Of a DNA stretch of 36,275 nt, positions 10,085-19,505 are shown one piece after another. A program made the translations under genes and the position numbers. The notes under the pieces were generated by a model. That model ran no database searches. It saw only the letters and a list, made by a program, of their open reading frames with translations, and had not been told where the DNA came from. The DNA comes from an archaeon. Its GTDB lineage: Archaea > Asgardarchaeota > Thorarchaeia > Thorarchaeales > Thorarchaeaceae. Numbering within the stretch: position 1 is the stretch's first letter; every line of letters begins with the position of its first letter. The stretch covers positions 1 to 36,275 of the forward strand of contig JAJRWI010000080.1 in the NCBI GenBank assembly GCA_024276825.1, read 5' to 3'.

Positions 10085-10366
10085 ATGTCAACAGTAAAAT
10101 TTGATTTTCAAGACGAATTGGAAGAACTCCAGGTCAGAATATTTATGGACACCCGAAAGAAACTCTCAAAAAAGGAGTTGCTTGAATTAATATTTCAAAT
10201 TGGAATTGAAAATTATGACAAGATAGTAAAAAGAGTGTTATCAAGCAAAAGGCCCCTTGATAATAAGACAATCAAGAAGGTACTGTCAATGGCAGAGGAT
10301 CTTGGTCCCGGCAGTGAAGACCTCTCGCTAAGGGTTGATGATATTGTTTATGGAACTGATGAGTAA
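10085..10366 (+). CDS. Putative antitoxin (VapB-like)
   Basis: 93 aa, overlaps the PIN gene by 1 nt (TAATG); C-terminal DLS.RVDDIVYG resembles archaeal antitoxin tails. Confidence 0.65.
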   Translation: MSTVKFDFQDELEELQVRIFMDTRKKLSKKELLELIFQIGIENYDKIVKRVLSSKRPLDNKTIKKVLSMAEDLGPGSEDLSLRVDDIVYGTDE

Positions 10367-10785
10367 TGTCAGTATTAATTGATAGTAATGTCCTAATTGC
10401 ATTGATCAATAAACGAGATAGACTGCATTCTAAAGCTAAAGAATTGCTTGACAAAATTGCAAAATTGGAAAGCGCCTATCTTATCACAATTGATTATGTG
10501 TTAGATGAAGTCCTAACAACACTATGGAAGCACACTAAGAACAAGAGTGTTGTGAAAAAGGCTTACAATCTGATATGCAACAACCCAGATTTTATCACTT
10601 TGGAATTCATTTCAGAACTGATGATTAGTAACGCATGGGACATATGGTCGAAATACGCAGAGTGGCCAAATAAACCACTTAGTTTTACTGATTGTTGTAT
10701 CGTTTCATTCATAAAGAAAAATAGAATCAAGAATATTGCAACATTTGATTCAGATTTTAATGGACTTGTAAACATAATTAAATAG
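10366..10785 (+). CDS. vapC: PIN-domain ribonuclease toxin (VapC)
   Basis: VLIDSNVL, D..H, VLDEV, LSFTDC, TFDSDF acidic catalytic residues. Confidence 0.9.
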   Translation: MSVLIDSNVLIALINKRDRLHSKAKELLDKIAKLESAYLITIDYVLDEVLTTLWKHTKNKSVVKKAYNLICNNPDFITLEFISELMISNAWDIWSKYAEWPNKPLSFTDCCIVSFIKKNRIKNIATFDSDFNGLVNIIK

Positions 10786-10900
10786 AATTCTTGTTGGCTC
10801 AAATCAATTATTCTAGACTCATACCACAACATAGCCAAAAGTAGGGAATTAAATATCTGATAGAAGATTAATTAATGAGATAACTAAAGGAGCTTGATGT

Positions 10901-11353
10901 ATGAGGCACACCGTTCAGATGCGGCTATCAGACTTTGACGATGAGATGAATCCAATTGAGCGCTGTGATTCAACGGCGATTCCCACAGGCAAGATTTGGA
11001 AGAAGACCATAACAGAAGGCGAGTGGGTGGTCTGCAAGTTCGATGACACTGTTTTTTTCGCACAGATCATCAATGGCAGGATTCACGTGTACGGTCATGA
11101 GGCAGTCTGCAAATGGTGTGGAGACCCCTTGGCCATTCGTGATAAGAGTGTGTTCTGCAGTGGTCATTGTGGGAGGTATCAGGGTAAGGTCTCACGAGAC
11201 CTCAACAAGTATTTACACTGGGATGGCGCAACCTCATTCACTCTTCGCCATGAGATTGCACGGATCGAGGGGCTGGTCCTAGAACCGCGTGATCTCGAGC
11301 CATTGGTTTCCACGCCCCCCATTCCGTTCTATGAAGAGTTTGAAGAGGATTAA
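10901..11353 (+). CDS. Hypothetical protein with CxxC...FCSxxC zinc finger
   Basis: AGGAG RBS; CKWCG-x9-VFCSGHC; acidic C-terminal tail. Confidence 0.65.
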   Translation: MRHTVQMRLSDFDDEMNPIERCDSTAIPTGKIWKKTITEGEWVVCKFDDTVFFAQIINGRIHVYGHEAVCKWCGDPLAIRDKSVFCSGHCGRYQGKVSRDLNKYLHWDGATSFTLRHEIARIEGLVLEPRDLEPLVSTPPIPFYEEFEED

Positions 11354-11367
11354 TTGGACTCGGTGAC

Positions 11368-12246
11368 TCATAGATTCAGTTCAAACAGCAAGAATCTCCT
11401 GTCTTTGTAATCTTCAGGGATTTCTATAAACATCTGAATCCATGTGTGAGCATTATTGCCAAGAAAGAATACAAGGCTCTCGGCAGACTCGTTCTCAGCC
11501 TCTTCGAATATTCTGGAGATTATGTCTACGAACAGGCTCTGATTATCAGCAAAGACAGAGAACACCATCGTCTTCTTGTCATTACGTTGTAACACGCCAT
11601 CAATATAGATCCCGGCAATACTACCATCATGGTCTATAATTGCTCGAAATCTGGCAGACTCTGAGAGTCGTTCTAATGACCTGAGGTCCTTTCCAAAGAA
11701 GGCCCACATGAAGGGAATGGTTTCATGATCCACAAGACCCGGGTTCTCCTGAAGAATAGAATGAAGTCGCTCAGCATCAATGATAAGGGGAACATAATTG
11801 GGACTTGATTTTGGTCTTGGCGGGAATGGATGTTCAATCCTAAAATAACCAACACTGTTCTTCTGTTGAAAACCCAGCCCAAGAGCCAGTTTCTGTGATG
11901 CAGTGTTTCTGCTGCTGGTTCCATAACGAAGTGTCTTGACTCCGACATCCTTGGCAATATCAATGATTTTCTGAACAATCTCTGTGCCATGATGCTGCTT
12001 CTGTGAGTCAGCTCTAACTCTAAGTGCTCTCACCCAGGCCTCATTTGAATTTTTGATCTGTTCTAGCCCACCAAAGCCCACAAGCTTGCCATCAACAAAC
12101 TTTCCAACAAGATGCCAAAGAGGATTACTTATCCAGCTTAAAAAAGTGCTTGGAACATAATCATCTTCCCAGACACTCTTGCTTACTTGGATGACATCTT
12201 CGAGGTCATCTGATGTCAATAGTCGAATTTCCTGATTGTTGGACAT
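11368..12246 (-). CDS. GNAT family N-acetyltransferase
   Basis: IRLLT..D, WVRALRV...Q..HHGT acetyl-CoA motif, N.AS..L...LGF. Confidence 0.82.
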   Translation of the reverse strand: MSNNQEIRLLTSDDLEDVIQVSKSVWEDDYVPSTFLSWISNPLWHLVGKFVDGKLVGFGGLEQIKNSNEAWVRALRVRADSQKQHHGTEIVQKIIDIAKDVGVKTLRYGTSSRNTASQKLALGLGFQQKNSVGYFRIEHPFPPRPKSSPNYVPLIIDAERLHSILQENPGLVDHETIPFMWAFFGKDLRSLERLSESARFRAIIDHDGSIAGIYIDGVLQRNDKKTMVFSVFADNQSLFVDIISRIFEEAENESAESLVFFLGNNAHTWIQMFIEIPEDYKDRRFLLFELNL

Positions 12247-12320
12247 GGATTTTTTCTTGGACTATATCATTTAAGAATCGAATGAAATGTGCCATTTTCG
12301 AGGAGCTTGTTCTGGCTGGG

Positions 12321-13007
12321 TCAATGTGGTGCATATGAAGAACGACCCTTGAAAGCAAGACCCAGTTTGACGCGCTTGCCAGTCGCCATATATACTGCTC
12401 TCTCAGCAATTGCGAACGCATGATCTGCCGCGCGTTCAAAGTATCTACCCACGATGATATAAAAAAGTGCCATCTGACTAATGTCTGTGCGCTTGCGGAG
12501 ATAATCAACAATCTCGTTGAACATCTCACTAGTTTCACGATCACTATCAGCCTCAAGCTTTTCCAATTGATTCAGTTGCGAGAGGTCACCTGTGAGAATT
12601 GCCTTCATACTAATCTCAAGAGTCTTTTTCGCAAGTTGGGCCAGATATGGTAATGATTCGAGCTCTTTGAAATGTTCAAGGCCGTTGCAGAGGTCTACTA
12701 TATGTGCTATCTTATAGGCATATCTTCCCACCCTGTACAGATGGTGAGAGACCTGTAAATAAGTGGCAAGAGTTCTCAGGTCTTTAGCAACGGGCTGCCT
12801 GCGTGCAATTGTCTCAATCACATTCTGTTCAACCTTCTCAGCAAGTTCATCAATATCCTCGCATTTTCGTTTCACCATAGAGGCCTCTTCATCATTCAAA
12901 TGCTTGAATGCAGTCATTGCATCCAATAATGATGACACAGCGAGTTCATAGAGCCTTTCAAGTCGTTTTGCAATCTCTTCAATGTAAATTTCAAGTTGAG
13001 TCTTCAT
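12321..13007 (-). CDS. phoU: Phosphate signalling protein PhoU
   Basis: QPVAKDLR, ERAADHA; last gene of the pst operon. Confidence 0.92.
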   Translation of the reverse strand: MKTQLEIYIEEIAKRLERLYELAVSSLLDAMTAFKHLNDEEASMVKRKCEDIDELAEKVEQNVIETIARRQPVAKDLRTLATYLQVSHHLYRVGRYAYKIAHIVDLCNGLEHFKELESLPYLAQLAKKTLEISMKAILTGDLSQLNQLEKLEADSDRETSEMFNEIVDYLRKRTDISQMALFYIIVGRYFERAADHAFAIAERAVYMATGKRVKLGLAFKGRSSYAPH

Positions 13008-13019
13008 TTATACATCTCC

Positions 13020-13787
13020 TCATCCTATTCGTCCAGTGATAAAGGCCTCCGTTCGGGGATCTTCAGGAGCTTCCGCAATCCTTTTGGTCTTATCGAATTC
13101 CACGAGTTCGCCAAGATAGAGAAAGGCTGCTTGGTCTGAAACTCGAAAGGCCTGTTGCACATTATGCGTAACGAGGATAATAGTATAGTCTTTCTTTAAT
13201 TGCATTATTAAATCTTCAATTTTCGCGGCACTGATTGGGTCTAATGCAGAAACGGGTTCATCCATCAACAGGATAGGAGGGTCAATGGACAATGCTCTTG
13301 CAATGCATAATCTCTGTTGTTGACCGCCTGAAAGATTCAAAGCAGGTTGGTCAAGATTGTCCTTCACTTCATCCCAGAGTGCTGCCCTTCTTAAGGTATG
13401 TTCCACAATTCTCTCAAGCTCATCTGAATCATGAAGACCATGTAGACGTGGGCCGTATGTGATATTATCACGAATACTCATCGGAAACGGATTTGGCCTT
13501 TGAAACACCATTCCTACCCTGCGTCGCAATTCATACACATCGGCATCAGGAGCATAGATGTTTTCGCCCTGAAGCATGATCTTCCCAGTCATCCTAAAAC
13601 TATCAACCAAGTCATTGAGTCGATTGATTGATCTAAGAAGAGTGCTCTTTCCACAACCACTAGGGCCCATTATTGCCGTCACTGAGCTATCCTCAAAATA
13701 ACATGTGATGTTCTTTAGAATCTGCTTCTCTCCAAACCATGTGCAGAGGTTTTCGATTTCAATGTGGTATTCATAGTCAGATTTCAT
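13020..13787 (-). CDS. pstB: Phosphate ABC transporter ATPase
   Basis: GPSGCGKS, VGMVFQRPNPFPMSI, LSGGQQQRLCIARAL, TEAFITGRIG. Confidence 0.96.
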   Translation of the reverse strand: MKSDYEYHIEIENLCTWFGEKQILKNITCYFEDSSVTAIMGPSGCGKSTLLRSINRLNDLVDSFRMTGKIMLQGENIYAPDADVYELRRRVGMVFQRPNPFPMSIRDNITYGPRLHGLHDSDELERIVEHTLRRAALWDEVKDNLDQPALNLSGGQQQRLCIARALSIDPPILLMDEPVSALDPISAAKIEDLIMQLKKDYTIILVTHNVQQAFRVSDQAAFLYLGELVEFDKTKRIAEAPEDPRTEAFITGRIG

Positions 13788-13788
13788 T

Positions 13789-14727
13789 TCAGACGACCCT
13801 CCGTGTGACCTTGCGTGACACTATTTGTGCAGTGGCATCGATCATTAGCACCATTATTAGAAGGGTTAATGCGGTCCCTTGTGATTTCACTTGAAGATAA
13901 GATCGTGGGTCTGATATGTAGGCCCAAATTGTATATGGCATTGATGCAACCCATGATCCCGGTCCCATCAAGTCAGTTGGCAGTCCCAAATTGTTTCCGG
14001 TGGTGAATATCAGGGGTGCAGTTTCTCCCATAATCCGTCCTAGTGAAAGAAGGATTCCTGTGATGATTCCCGGGAATGCAGCGCGTATGGTGATATTCCA
14101 TGTTGTTGACCATTTTGTTGCTCCCAGTGCAAGTGAAGCTTCTCTGAGCTCTCTTGGCACTTGCTTTAATGCCTCTTGAGTTGTTCTTAATGTGCTTGGA
14201 ATCATCATAAATGCCAGTGTGAGACCGCCAGCAACCATTCCAAGACCAATACGTAGGTAGACAACTAGGAAGACAAATCCGAATGCTCCAAATACAATGG
14301 AAGGGATTCCAGCAAGAACATCAGATGCAAATTCTATCGCACTTCTCATCAGGCCTGGCCGTGAGTATTCAGTAATATAGACAGCTCCAAATATGCTGAG
14401 CGGGATTCCAACAGCACCAGCAATCAAGATAAGAAGTAGTGTTCCCACAATCGCATTCAGAATACCTCCTGTCAGGTCACCACCGGGTGTTGTAAAGATA
14501 AACTCTAGGCCATTCCCATGGCCTGAGCTGAGAAAGATCTGAAGCCCCATAATGCCAATCTGAAAGACAATCATGAAGAAGGGTAGGATCACTATGATTA
14601 TTGCTGCAATAAGCAGAATTTTCGTCAGAAGGTCTTTGAACTTTCTCAGCTTATTTGCACTCTTGAATTTGCTCGCTTTCTTTCCCCTAGTGGCTCTAGG
14701 AGTTGGGTTTCCACTATTATTATTCAT
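13789..14727 (-). CDS. pstA: Phosphate ABC transporter permease
   Basis: LAGIPSIVFG, REASLALGATKW, GETAPL. Confidence 0.94.
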   Translation of the reverse strand: MNNNSGNPTPRATRGKKASKFKSANKLRKFKDLLTKILLIAAIIIVILPFFMIVFQIGIMGLQIFLSSGHGNGLEFIFTTPGGDLTGGILNAIVGTLLLILIAGAVGIPLSIFGAVYITEYSRPGLMRSAIEFASDVLAGIPSIVFGAFGFVFLVVYLRIGLGMVAGGLTLAFMMIPSTLRTTQEALKQVPRELREASLALGATKWSTTWNITIRAAFPGIITGILLSLGRIMGETAPLIFTTGNNLGLPTDLMGPGSWVASMPYTIWAYISDPRSYLQVKSQGTALTLLIMVLMIDATAQIVSRKVTRRVV

Positions 14728-15729
14728 CTATGCTAACCCCCTCGATTTTATGCCCCATTTAATGAGTATCTTAGCAATTGATGTGAACATTATGGACATC
14801 AATAATAAGACAAGAGCAACAGCAAACAATGCAGACCTCCATAAGGGATAGATGAATGCATAGCCAAGCTGATTTGTTATTATGCTGGTCATGACATAAG
14901 TCGGATCAAATAATGTGTAAGGAATCTGCAATGTGTTTCCAGTGACCATTAGGACTGCCATGGTCTCGCCCACAGCTCTTCCAAGTGACAAGATTATTGC
15001 AGCACCAATCCCGGGGATTGCTGCACTGAGAACAACACGAATTGCGGTTTCAGTCTTGGTTGCGCCAAGTGCAAGTGATGCCTCCCTATAGGTCCTTGGT
15101 ACTGATTGTAGTGCATCATCAGATACTGCAACAACGGTGGGCAGGAGCATTATTGCAAGAATTAAACCTCCTGCAAGTACACTTAATCCATTTTGAACAT
15201 TGAATATGGTTTCTATGGTGGGTACCAAAACAAGATATGCCCATAAGCCATAGACAATCGATGGTATAGCTGCCATCATCTCTACTATCATCCTAATTGG
15301 TCTGCGCAGAGAATTGGGACAATATTCGCTCAGAAAAACAGCTCCGCCGACCCCAAGTGGAACTGCAATTGAAATTGCAAGAATCGTACATAGAAATGAG
15401 CCAGCAATGAAAACAAGAATCCCATATTGACCATCATTTGGATTCCAAATAGGATTTGTAATTATTCCGATACCACCCTCAGGTGCTACAAAAATTGGGA
15501 AGGCTTCAATCCACAGAAAGGTGAAGATTAAAACAATTATTGAAATGCTCATTACAGTAGGAAGGAAAAGCAGAATCTTGCCGGAGATATCAATCTTTTT
15601 TGATCTAGACATCCTTTTGATGTTCTGTATTATTCGTTTCACATTCGCAACTGAACCATAGGCTCTTGTCTTAGGTTCATGAGATCCATCGGACTGTTGT
15701 TGTTTTTCATTCAGCCTGCTATCCGTCAT
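14728..15729 (-). CDS. pstC: Phosphate ABC transporter permease
   Basis: IPSIVYGLW, REASLALGATK, GRAVGETMAV. Confidence 0.94.
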   Translation of the reverse strand: MTDSRLNEKQQQSDGSHEPKTRAYGSVANVKRIIQNIKRMSRSKKIDISGKILLFLPTVMSISIIVLIFTFLWIEAFPIFVAPEGGIGIITNPIWNPNDGQYGILVFIAGSFLCTILAISIAVPLGVGGAVFLSEYCPNSLRRPIRMIVEMMAAIPSIVYGLWAYLVLVPTIETIFNVQNGLSVLAGGLILAIMLLPTVVAVSDDALQSVPRTYREASLALGATKTETAIRVVLSAAIPGIGAAIILSLGRAVGETMAVLMVTGNTLQIPYTLFDPTYVMTSIITNQLGYAFIYPLWRSALFAVALVLLLMSIMFTSIAKILIKWGIKSRGLA

Positions 15730-15762
15730 TGTTCTCTATCCCTTGAATTCCTACTAAAGTGT

Positions 15763-15787
15763 AATGTGAATATGATTTGTTCACATT
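15763..15787. promoter_or_regulatory. Inverted repeat AATGTGAA-N9-TTCACATT between pstS and pstC
   Basis: Perfect 8-bp arms seen directly; function (operator or mRNA hairpin) inferred. Confidence 0.35.
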
Positions 15788-15830
15788 TCCATGATTACAG
15801 GTCCTCGCTCGATGTTATGCATAATGATCA

Positions 15831-16895
15831 TCAACCACTTGGAGTGAGGTTTGCTACTACACTCTCTGAATACACGAGTGCTGAGCTCCCCGAAATGGGC
15901 ACATATCCCACAGTCGAGATGTATTGCTGTCCTTGAATTAGAACCCAGTTAAGAAAGACAATGACATACCATGGAAGATAGTCGGGATTGACCAAATAAT
16001 ATAGTAATCTTGCAATTGGATATGCATGGGGGTTCGGAGAATTCATAAGACTTTGACTGGGGTCAGTCAAAGTTTCGGGCAGTGCATTGAGTACGTTCTC
16101 AAGAGTTGGAGTCACCCATTCATTATTTCCAGGATTGTAAAGGTTCACAGGTACAAGTCCTTCCATAAAGGCTAGTCCAACATAGCCAATTCCATTCTCA
16201 TCACTCTTAATTCCTTCTGCCACACTTGGATTCCCATCTACAGCAAAGATTCCTGGCGCCCAACTAATTGATTCATGATGCCCATAACGCCATTCAAACT
16301 CTGCGCCATGTGGGTTTGCATTCTCATCTGCAGTTTCAAGCCATTTTCCAAATGTTGCAGTCGTACCACTTGCATCGGATCGCACATATACATTGATGTT
16401 GCCAGAAGCCCGAACAGACACACCAAAGACTGTTTCAAACTCTTCCCAAGTTGTGACATTTCTCTGAAATATGGCGACTGCCATGTCAACATCCATCTTG
16501 AAAACCGAACCATTGACATTCTCATTGACCACGATACCCAAAGCATCCGCCGAAACGGGTAGTATAGCTATATTGGGATAATTCGCTATAAACTCTGGCT
16601 CTGGGTAGGAGCTGGACGCCCCAATATGAATCAGTCCACTCGCCACTTGAGATTGACCGAGACCAGAGCCTCCAGTCCCGGGGTTGACGGTGAAGGAAGG
16701 ATAGTCATCATGAAACTTTGCTGCCCATATTTGCGAGAGAGGATAGACAGTAGTGGATCCAGCTGTGGTTATTGTATATCGAACTGTAGGTTCCAATGAT
16801 GATATTGCGGTCGCTATTCCGACGCCTATTATTAGGCCAATTATCATACCTGAGAATAGGGATCTTCTGCTTTGACTTAGGCCCATTTCAATCAA
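15831..16895 (-). CDS. pstS: Phosphate ABC transporter substrate-binding protein
   Basis: AGSTTVYP, GGSGLG, RSDASGTT, YPIARLLY; N-terminal TM anchor; start may be the ATG at 16886. Confidence 0.93.
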   Translation of the reverse strand: MIEMGLSQSRRSLFSGMIIGLIIGVGIATAISSLEPTVRYTITTAGSTTVYPLSQIWAAKFHDDYPSFTVNPGTGGSGLGQSQVASGLIHIGASSSYPEPEFIANYPNIAILPVSADALGIVVNENVNGSVFKMDVDMAVAIFQRNVTTWEEFETVFGVSVRASGNINVYVRSDASGTTATFGKWLETADENANPHGAEFEWRYGHHESISWAPGIFAVDGNPSVAEGIKSDENGIGYVGLAFMEGLVPVNLYNPGNNEWVTPTLENVLNALPETLTDPSQSLMNSPNPHAYPIARLLYYLVNPDYLPWYVIVFLNWVLIQGQQYISTVGYVPISGSSALVYSESVVANLTPSG

Positions 16896-17093
16896 CTCAT
16901 GCCCACTTTATCTGATTATTAAGAAGTGTGCATTGATTTCTAGTGCATGTATATGATGTAAATGTTTCATATGATAATGTAATTGTCAATAATACAAATT
17001 TATATCAGGAAAATTGAACGAGAGAGGCAAGAGCATGAATGTGAACAGTCACAGATGTGAGCAAATGCATTCCCACTAGTTTATATGAGGGCA

Positions 17094-17113
17094 TATATTG
17101 CATATGCAATATA
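17094..17113. promoter_or_regulatory. Perfect 20-bp palindrome TATATTGCATATGCAATATA, candidate operator
   Basis: Seen directly in the divergent pstS / regulator intergenic region just upstream of the regulator. Confidence 0.45.
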
Positions 17114-17123
17114 ATTTTGACAT

Positions 17124-18173
17124 ATGATTGCATGTGAAGTGATTATGGTGGGTTCAACAAGGAAACTCAATCAAGTGAGAAATTCCTACTACATTTATCT
17201 GCCAAAAGAATGGTGTGCAAGATTTGGACTCGACAAAAATGCGGAAGTGCATTTAGAAGAGACATCTGATGGTTCTCTCATTGTTTCTCCTACTTCAATA
17301 CGTGGAAAAAGCCAACAGCAGGTAAAGTTTTGGATCAAAGACGTCATTCCTGAGAATATTGAGAATATACTAGTGGGTGCATATGTTGTTGGTGTAAGTC
17401 AATTGATGATTGAGTTCGAATCAGAATTGGAAATGGACACCAGAGAGGCAATAAGTGGCACTATTAGAAGACTCCCCGGCTTTGAGATTCTAGATGAGCG
17501 AAGAAATAGCATTCTAGTAAGTGATACAAGTGAAAAACAAGTTGTAATTCCAGTTTTGAAACGGCAGTTTGCAACAGCAAAGTATATGCTGCATGATCTT
17601 CACAAAATGATGGAATCAGGCGAGCCCAAACGAGCAGACAAGATAATTGACCGCGATGATGATGTCGATAGGCATAGATACTTTGTTGAACGCCTAGCCC
17701 ATTTGGCCCTTCAAGATCCAAGTTATGCTCGAAGAATCGGTATATCTCCGGAAGACTGTCTGCATTTCAGTTTGGCTGCAAAATATATTGAACGCATTGC
17801 TGATCATATCTGTAGCGCTGCAAGACAATTCCGAAAAGTAAAGGCAATTAGCAAAAAGATTGTTAACCAGACTGCAAAGCTTGTCATGCTATACGATAAG
17901 ACTTTCAAGAACTTTTTTGCTATAGACTCGCAAAGGAAAAAGTATCCAAAGAAGATCACTGAAGCTGAACATCAAGATGCCTTTGATTCACTATCTGAAT
18001 CAGAAAAAGTATTGAAGGGATTTACAATCACAAAAAGCTCCACTCGCACAACTTCAGCTGCTTTGGTTATTCTATTGTTGCACCTTGAAAGGATTGCATC
18101 CTACTGCCAAGATATTGGTGAGGTCGCAATAAACAGAACAATAGAATCTAGGACTCGCATGCGGGATATATAA
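17124..18173 (+). CDS. Archaeal phosphate uptake regulator (AbrB N-terminus plus PhoU domains)
   Basis: TRKLNQV..SYYIYLPKEW AbrB motif; DDDVDR, IERIADH, LERIASY; start may be the ATG at 17145. Confidence 0.88.
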   Translation: MIACEVIMVGSTRKLNQVRNSYYIYLPKEWCARFGLDKNAEVHLEETSDGSLIVSPTSIRGKSQQQVKFWIKDVIPENIENILVGAYVVGVSQLMIEFESELEMDTREAISGTIRRLPGFEILDERRNSILVSDTSEKQVVIPVLKRQFATAKYMLHDLHKMMESGEPKRADKIIDRDDDVDRHRYFVERLAHLALQDPSYARRIGISPEDCLHFSLAAKYIERIADHICSAARQFRKVKAISKKIVNQTAKLVMLYDKTFKNFFAIDSQRKKYPKKITEAEHQDAFDSLSESEKVLKGFTITKSSTRTTSAALVILLLHLERIASYCQDIGEVAINRTIESRTRMRDI

Positions 18174-18249
18174 GCAACAGGCAGGAGCGATGTTAGAATT
18201 TAAACTATTGAATAAATCAATGCATCGAGGAGTCTGGCAAGTATGATAA

Positions 18250-18774
18250 TCAACGGGTCTTGAACTTTTCTTGAATCGATTTCACCAGTTCCAAGAAAGC
18301 AAGATCGACATTTTCGTTTTCAGTAGCACTCGTTCGAATAAGTTTGAGCCCCCTTACTTCTGCCAATCCTGCAAGCTGATCATCAGTTATCACTGGAGAC
18401 AGGTCAATTTTATTCGCAACCATAATAACAGGCACCTTTCCTGCTCCGCTATAGAGCGCATTTAGCCATCTGTCAATATTGGCCAAGGTTTCGGGTCGTG
18501 TAATATCAACTACCAGAAATGCACCTGCAGCGTTTGAACAGTATTGCTCTCTCAATGCTGAAAAGGACTCTTGCCCACCAAGGTCCCAAATTACAAGCTT
18601 TATTCTTGAGCCATCCACAATAACAGTCTTCACATGGAGGATTGCCCCAATTGTACGGCCTGTGTACATTGAGAGACTATTATACACATACCTTTCGACC
18701 AGCGATGTCTTGCCTACCCCGCTATCTCCAAGAAAGACGAGTTTATGGACATAATCAGGGGTATCTGTTGACAC
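18250..18774 (-). CDS. Rab-like small GTPase
   Basis: G1 GDSGVGKT, G2 TIG, G3 WDLGGQ, G4 NKID, G5 TSA; no C-terminal Cys. Confidence 0.92.
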   Translation of the reverse strand: MSTDTPDYVHKLVFLGDSGVGKTSLVERYVYNSLSMYTGRTIGAILHVKTVIVDGSRIKLVIWDLGGQESFSALREQYCSNAAGAFLVVDITRPETLANIDRWLNALYSGAGKVPVIMVANKIDLSPVITDDQLAGLAEVRGLKLIRTSATENENVDLAFLELVKSIQEKFKTR

Positions 18775-18826
18775 GGATTTCTCTCTCCAAATCTCTGGTT
18801 ACATTAATAGTAAATAAGTCAACCGA

Positions 18827-19363
18827 CTAAGCTGTGGGCATTTCCTTTTCTCTTGCTTTATCAAGTATTCTCTTTGTAAGCCGCATGAATGCCTGTTCAA
18901 CATTTGTGTCTTCCTTGGCACTTGTCTGAACATAATCAAAGGCGTATTTATTTACAATTCCGTTTATCAGGTCTTTACTTGTCTTACTCTTGAGATCGCA
19001 CTTGTTTTCAACCAGAACTACTGGTATTGTAGAAGTTACGCTATATAGGGTGGAAATCCAATCATCTATTCTATCAAGAGTTTCAGGTCGTGTTCTATCA
19101 AACACAAAAAATGCTCCAGCAGCGTTTTGATAATATGCCTTTCTTAATTGTGCAAAACTGTCCTGACCTGCAATATCCCAGATTACCAGTTTGACAAGTA
19201 CATCATCAATATGGATTTTTTTCACATGGATGTCAGTACCAATAGTTGCTAAATAATCGCCTTCAAAACTATCATAGACATAACGGCCCACCAAGCTAGT
19301 CTTGCCTACTGCGCCTTCACCTAGAAAGACGAGTTTGAATAGGTAATCTGCTTTGTCTGGCAG
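18827..19363 (-). CDS. Rab-like small GTPase (probable CTG start, 178 aa)
   Basis: The frame extends upstream of the tracked ORF: (M)PDKADYLFKLVFLGEGAVGKT; YLATIG, WDIAGQ, NKCD, TSAK; GGAGAG 8 nt before the CTG. Confidence 0.88.
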   Translation of the reverse strand: MPDKADYLFKLVFLGEGAVGKTSLVGRYVYDSFEGDYLATIGTDIHVKKIHIDDVLVKLVIWDIAGQDSFAQLRKAYYQNAAGAFFVFDRTRPETLDRIDDWISTLYSVTSTIPVVLVENKCDLKSKTSKDLINGIVNKYAFDYVQTSAKEDTNVEQAFMRLTKRILDKAREKEMPTA

Positions 19364-19505
19364 GGGTCTGACTCTCCAATTCTACTGCTTTTGAAAATGC
19401 TTTTGTTGTTTGTATCTAATAACAGTATCGCAGTTCTATCATATCTGTTCAATTATAACCAAAAGAACAAAAAGAGGCTAAAGCTTCAATTCTTTTGATG
19501 TTGTT

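Noticed and set aside
10786-10900. Possible third displaced 3' end (of the GNAT gene)
   Set aside because: Only trivial similarity; no alignable stretch.
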